Shown: positions 60,913-64,000 of the stretch, in pieces | Numbering within the stretch: position 1 is the stretch's first letter | Layout of the letters: each line of letters starts with the position of its first letter | Source: Azolla caroliniana | Taxonomy: Eukaryota > Plantae > Polypodiophyta | Assembly (NCBI GenBank): GCA_043228905.1 | Contig: JBHGNT010000018.1 | Span: 1,984,001 to 2,048,000, forward strand | Reading direction: 5' to 3' | Length of the DNA: 64,000 nt | Notes under the pieces: generated by a model | The model's database searches: none | Told to the model about the DNA's origin: nothing | What the model saw: the letters and a program-made list of their open reading frames with translations, nothing else | Made by a program: the position numbers and the translations under genes

Positions 60913-63157
60913 TTCTTACCAAAGCATTCTGGATATAGAATTTGTAGATGACACAACAGTCTACCTGCAAGGGGACCTGGACAACCTCCAAAAGCTAGAA
61001 AGTGGGCTAGTTTTATTTTGCAAGCGATCTAACGCCATGATCAATTGGCACAAATCCTGTGCAATATGGCTTTCTCAGGAAACACATCCAGCGTGGCACC
61101 CTCACCCCGCTTTCAAGTGGATCAATCAAGGAGCGAGCACCAAATATTTGGGCTTCCAAATTGGCTTCAACATACCGTCGGAGACGATGATTGCACCCGT
61201 TATCCTCTCCATTTGACAAAAGTTGATACATTGGAGCTCTAAAAAATTGTCGCTAGCAGGTTGCATCATAGTGGCAAATCAGGTACTCCTCGCAACAGCA
61301 TGGTATAGTCTATCATACTGGACAATCTCCAAGGAAAGTATACATCAGATTCAACGACTGGTCCGCAACTACATTTGGTCTGGTAAGGAAGACCATGTAG
61401 CTCGCGCCAAGGTGGCGTGGCCTATACTCACAACGCCTAAGTCGAGAGGGGGATTGGGTCTTATTGATCCCCTTTCACAATCGAAAGCCTTACTTGCCAA
61501 ATTTGTGGTGCGAGGACTCCAACCAGGAAATGATTGTTGGAAAATGCTACTGAGGTTACGTTTCGCTTACTTTAAGCCACGAAAAGGGGTCAATTGGGCC
61601 CCCCAAACGGGATGGATTCTAAACATGGATCTCAAACCTAGTTTCTCCCGCCATTTGGAGGACAGATTCAGTGCATCCATGTGGAAGGCATGGTGTGACA
61701 TTCGGCGGGGGCTCTAGTGTGATCAACCGAGATCCGAACTTGCCTGGCTCAGTCAACGTATCCTATGGAACCCATGTCTCAATGATGAATCTAATCAACT
61801 ACTGGGATCACATAAGGGGTTGTCATGGGGATACATTGCAGAAGGTCCAGGCAAAAGTATTGAATGTTGGCGACGGTTTATGTGAATGCCACTACAAGAT
61901 CAAGCGAACATACTCCATGGAATCAGGGGCGGATGGACTATGAGATCGGAAATCATTAACGCGCTACTGATTAGGGACTCTGCTACTCAAAGGACGACAA
62001 TGGAGAAATGGATAGGCCACGAGGAGGAGGGCTCTCTGATCCCGAGAGGTAGGGGATCACCAGACATGCTCGAAGGCCATGAAGTGAGAGACACTGAGAC
62101 ACCCACACAGAATAACGCCATTCGAGTACTCGCATACACTGGTCATAAATGGATTGTAGATCTTGATCCGATCAAAGTACAACCCGATTGGCATATATGT
62201 ACTCATGAAAACACATGGCTGCGTAAGGTCAGTTGGGACCCTTTGCAATGGACATGACGTGATCCCTACGCGGGGCAAGGAAGCAAACCCATCCCTTTCT
62301 TCCAATTCACAACTAGATTGGGTCGCCACATTCTAGCTGCTCAAGCCGCCCGAGAACCGACTGCTGCAAAGGTCTGGCGCACATTTCAAGTTCCCTCCAC
62401 AATAATCACCAAGTTTTGGCAGAAAATCTGGAAGCAACAACACGCGAGGCGAATTACCACTTTCCAATGGCTGTTAATACATAAGTCCCTACCGGTGGGA
62501 GCATGGCAACGTGGGAACCTTAACTCTCATAATTGTGTAGAGTGCCCACATTCAGTAGAATCCATACGACACGCTCTGTGGGACTGCCCAACGTCCCATA
62601 GAACATGGCGGGGAGTTGGCCGCTTGTTGTAGTTATGCCAGGTGCAAGGTTCAATCAAGTGGGGAAATATATGTTGGCTATCATGGCAGGCTGCAATTGG
62701 CCAATATGAGCATCAGGAGGAGGGGATGACTTTGGTGATAAAAGCACAAGAGGTTCTTTTCTCCTCCAGCGACAATGTCCACTATTTTCCTCTTAATGAC
62801 AAATCTCAAGAGGTGGTGGAATTGGTCAACCCAATAACCCTTTGGATTCTATGGAAACAACGATGTATGCGAGTCTTCTCCAACCAAACCACCCATCCAA
62901 CAAGGTTACTGCAAGAGATATGGAGTGAAGTTGTAGCCACTCTGAAGAGCCAATATGATGGCCTTAAAGGTGGCTCCGAGGGAGTTGAAAGACAACGCAT
63001 AGCCTTCATCCAATAATGGTCGTCCTCTCCCTTTCTTGAGTTAGTGGGCTTCCACATTAGATGGAACTATCGCGTCCCTTTAGGGATTTGTACATAATCG
63101 CCTCATTTGTAAAATTTTATAACTAATGGAAGGAGTTTTTTTTTTGGAAAAAAAAAA
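60913..63157 (+). mobile_element. 5'-truncated LINE (L1-like) with RT C-terminus and zf-RVT, inactivated
   Basis: EFVDDTTVYL (FADD-like) at ~60940, GGLGLID, and CVEC...ESIRHALWDC. Poly(A) ends at ~63157. 15-bp TSD aagtcaaggaatcac at 60898-60912 and 63158-63172. Several stops. Confidence 0.93.
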
Positions 63158-63424
63158 AAGTCAAGGAATCACCCCCCGGTCGAGTTCAAGAATATGAGAC
63201 TACATACATACCCTCTCTTACATTTTACTTAACTAGAGCTATAAACTAGTGGCAATCAAACAATCAACGTGGGTGCTAGTAATTCCACCACGTGTCATCT
63301 TATGCGACTATCACATTATTCACCACACGTCGTCTTACTTTAGGGAAATATACTTTAGGGTAAAGTAAAGAAATATACTTTGGGGAATGTGACAAAAGTC
63401 ATATATGTGGGTTACAACGACATG

Positions 63425-64000
63425 TGTGGGATTAACAACCCGCACCTTGATAGGGGCTAGCACTTGCCTCTTTCATAGTAAGGAATGACCTTGAGTTCCC
63501 CACCTTCCCTAACACTCATGGTGAGTGGCCATCTTGTATGGCAGTGAGTAGTCCCGCTCATATCTCTCATGGCGCTCTCGCCAATATTGCTCCGATTGGA
63601 ATCACTTTGTGTATCGAGCTTTGGCCTCCTGGCAGTGTCGATTAGCTTGTCGAAATCTCTCTTTCGGACTAAATTGATTTCTGTCAGAGATCTCCCTCGA
63701 TTTTCTACCATCAATCGCCTTATTCCCCTCTATACATGTGATCATAAAGTACTTATTAAGACACTCTACCTAGTACTTATCAATACTCAATATTCACATT
63801 TGTTTTAATTATATACATAAGCCTTGTTTGAGTGCAAACTCACTTTTCCCCTTATGGCCGGAAATCTTCACGACATCCACCCCCACCAAACTGCACATCT
63901 CTAGTATGTGCCGAGTAGTGAAGCATGGAAGATTTCGGCTCGAACCTCACCTTGTATGATGTTGTGTCTTTCTCCTTTGTTAATATACTTGACCTTGCGT
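63425..64000. mobile_element. Possible LTR running off the window edge
   Basis: Abrupt rise in GC/CpG content starting at tgtggg and LTR-like composition. No partner LTR visible. Confidence 0.25.

Overview
Eukaryotic land-plant genomic DNA: AT-rich, with spliceosomal introns and many transposable elements (TEs). A fern or other seed-free vascular plant is my low-confidence guess. The left half is a tandem array of GPI-anchored GDPD-like (SHV3/GDPDL) genes: the 3' end of copy A, an orphan promoter/exon-1 fragment, and two complete 9-exon copies B and C. They are separated by a complete but inactivated hAT transposon (11-bp terminal inverted repeats [TIRs], 8-bp target-site duplication [TSD]), several hAT-type MITEs and a young full-length Ty1/copia element. 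Next come a 128-aa methionine sulfoxide reductase B gene with an 8.8-kb TE-filled first intron, a stretch of decayed TEs, a minus-strand TERMINAL EAR1-like (MEI2 family) RRM gene with a GA-repeat/telo-box-rich upstream region, and a 5'-truncated LINE with a 15-bp TSD. I found no CRISPR array, tRNA, rRNA or clearly new multi-gene system. The best leads are a conserved RRNL-ending pro-segment on the GDPDLs, a TEL intron minisatellite that duplicates the 3' splice site, a dup-inversion-dup in a GDPDL intron and a 62-nt intronic hairpin. Coordinates were counted by hand and may be off by a few bases; percent identities are by-eye estimates unless mismatches are listed.
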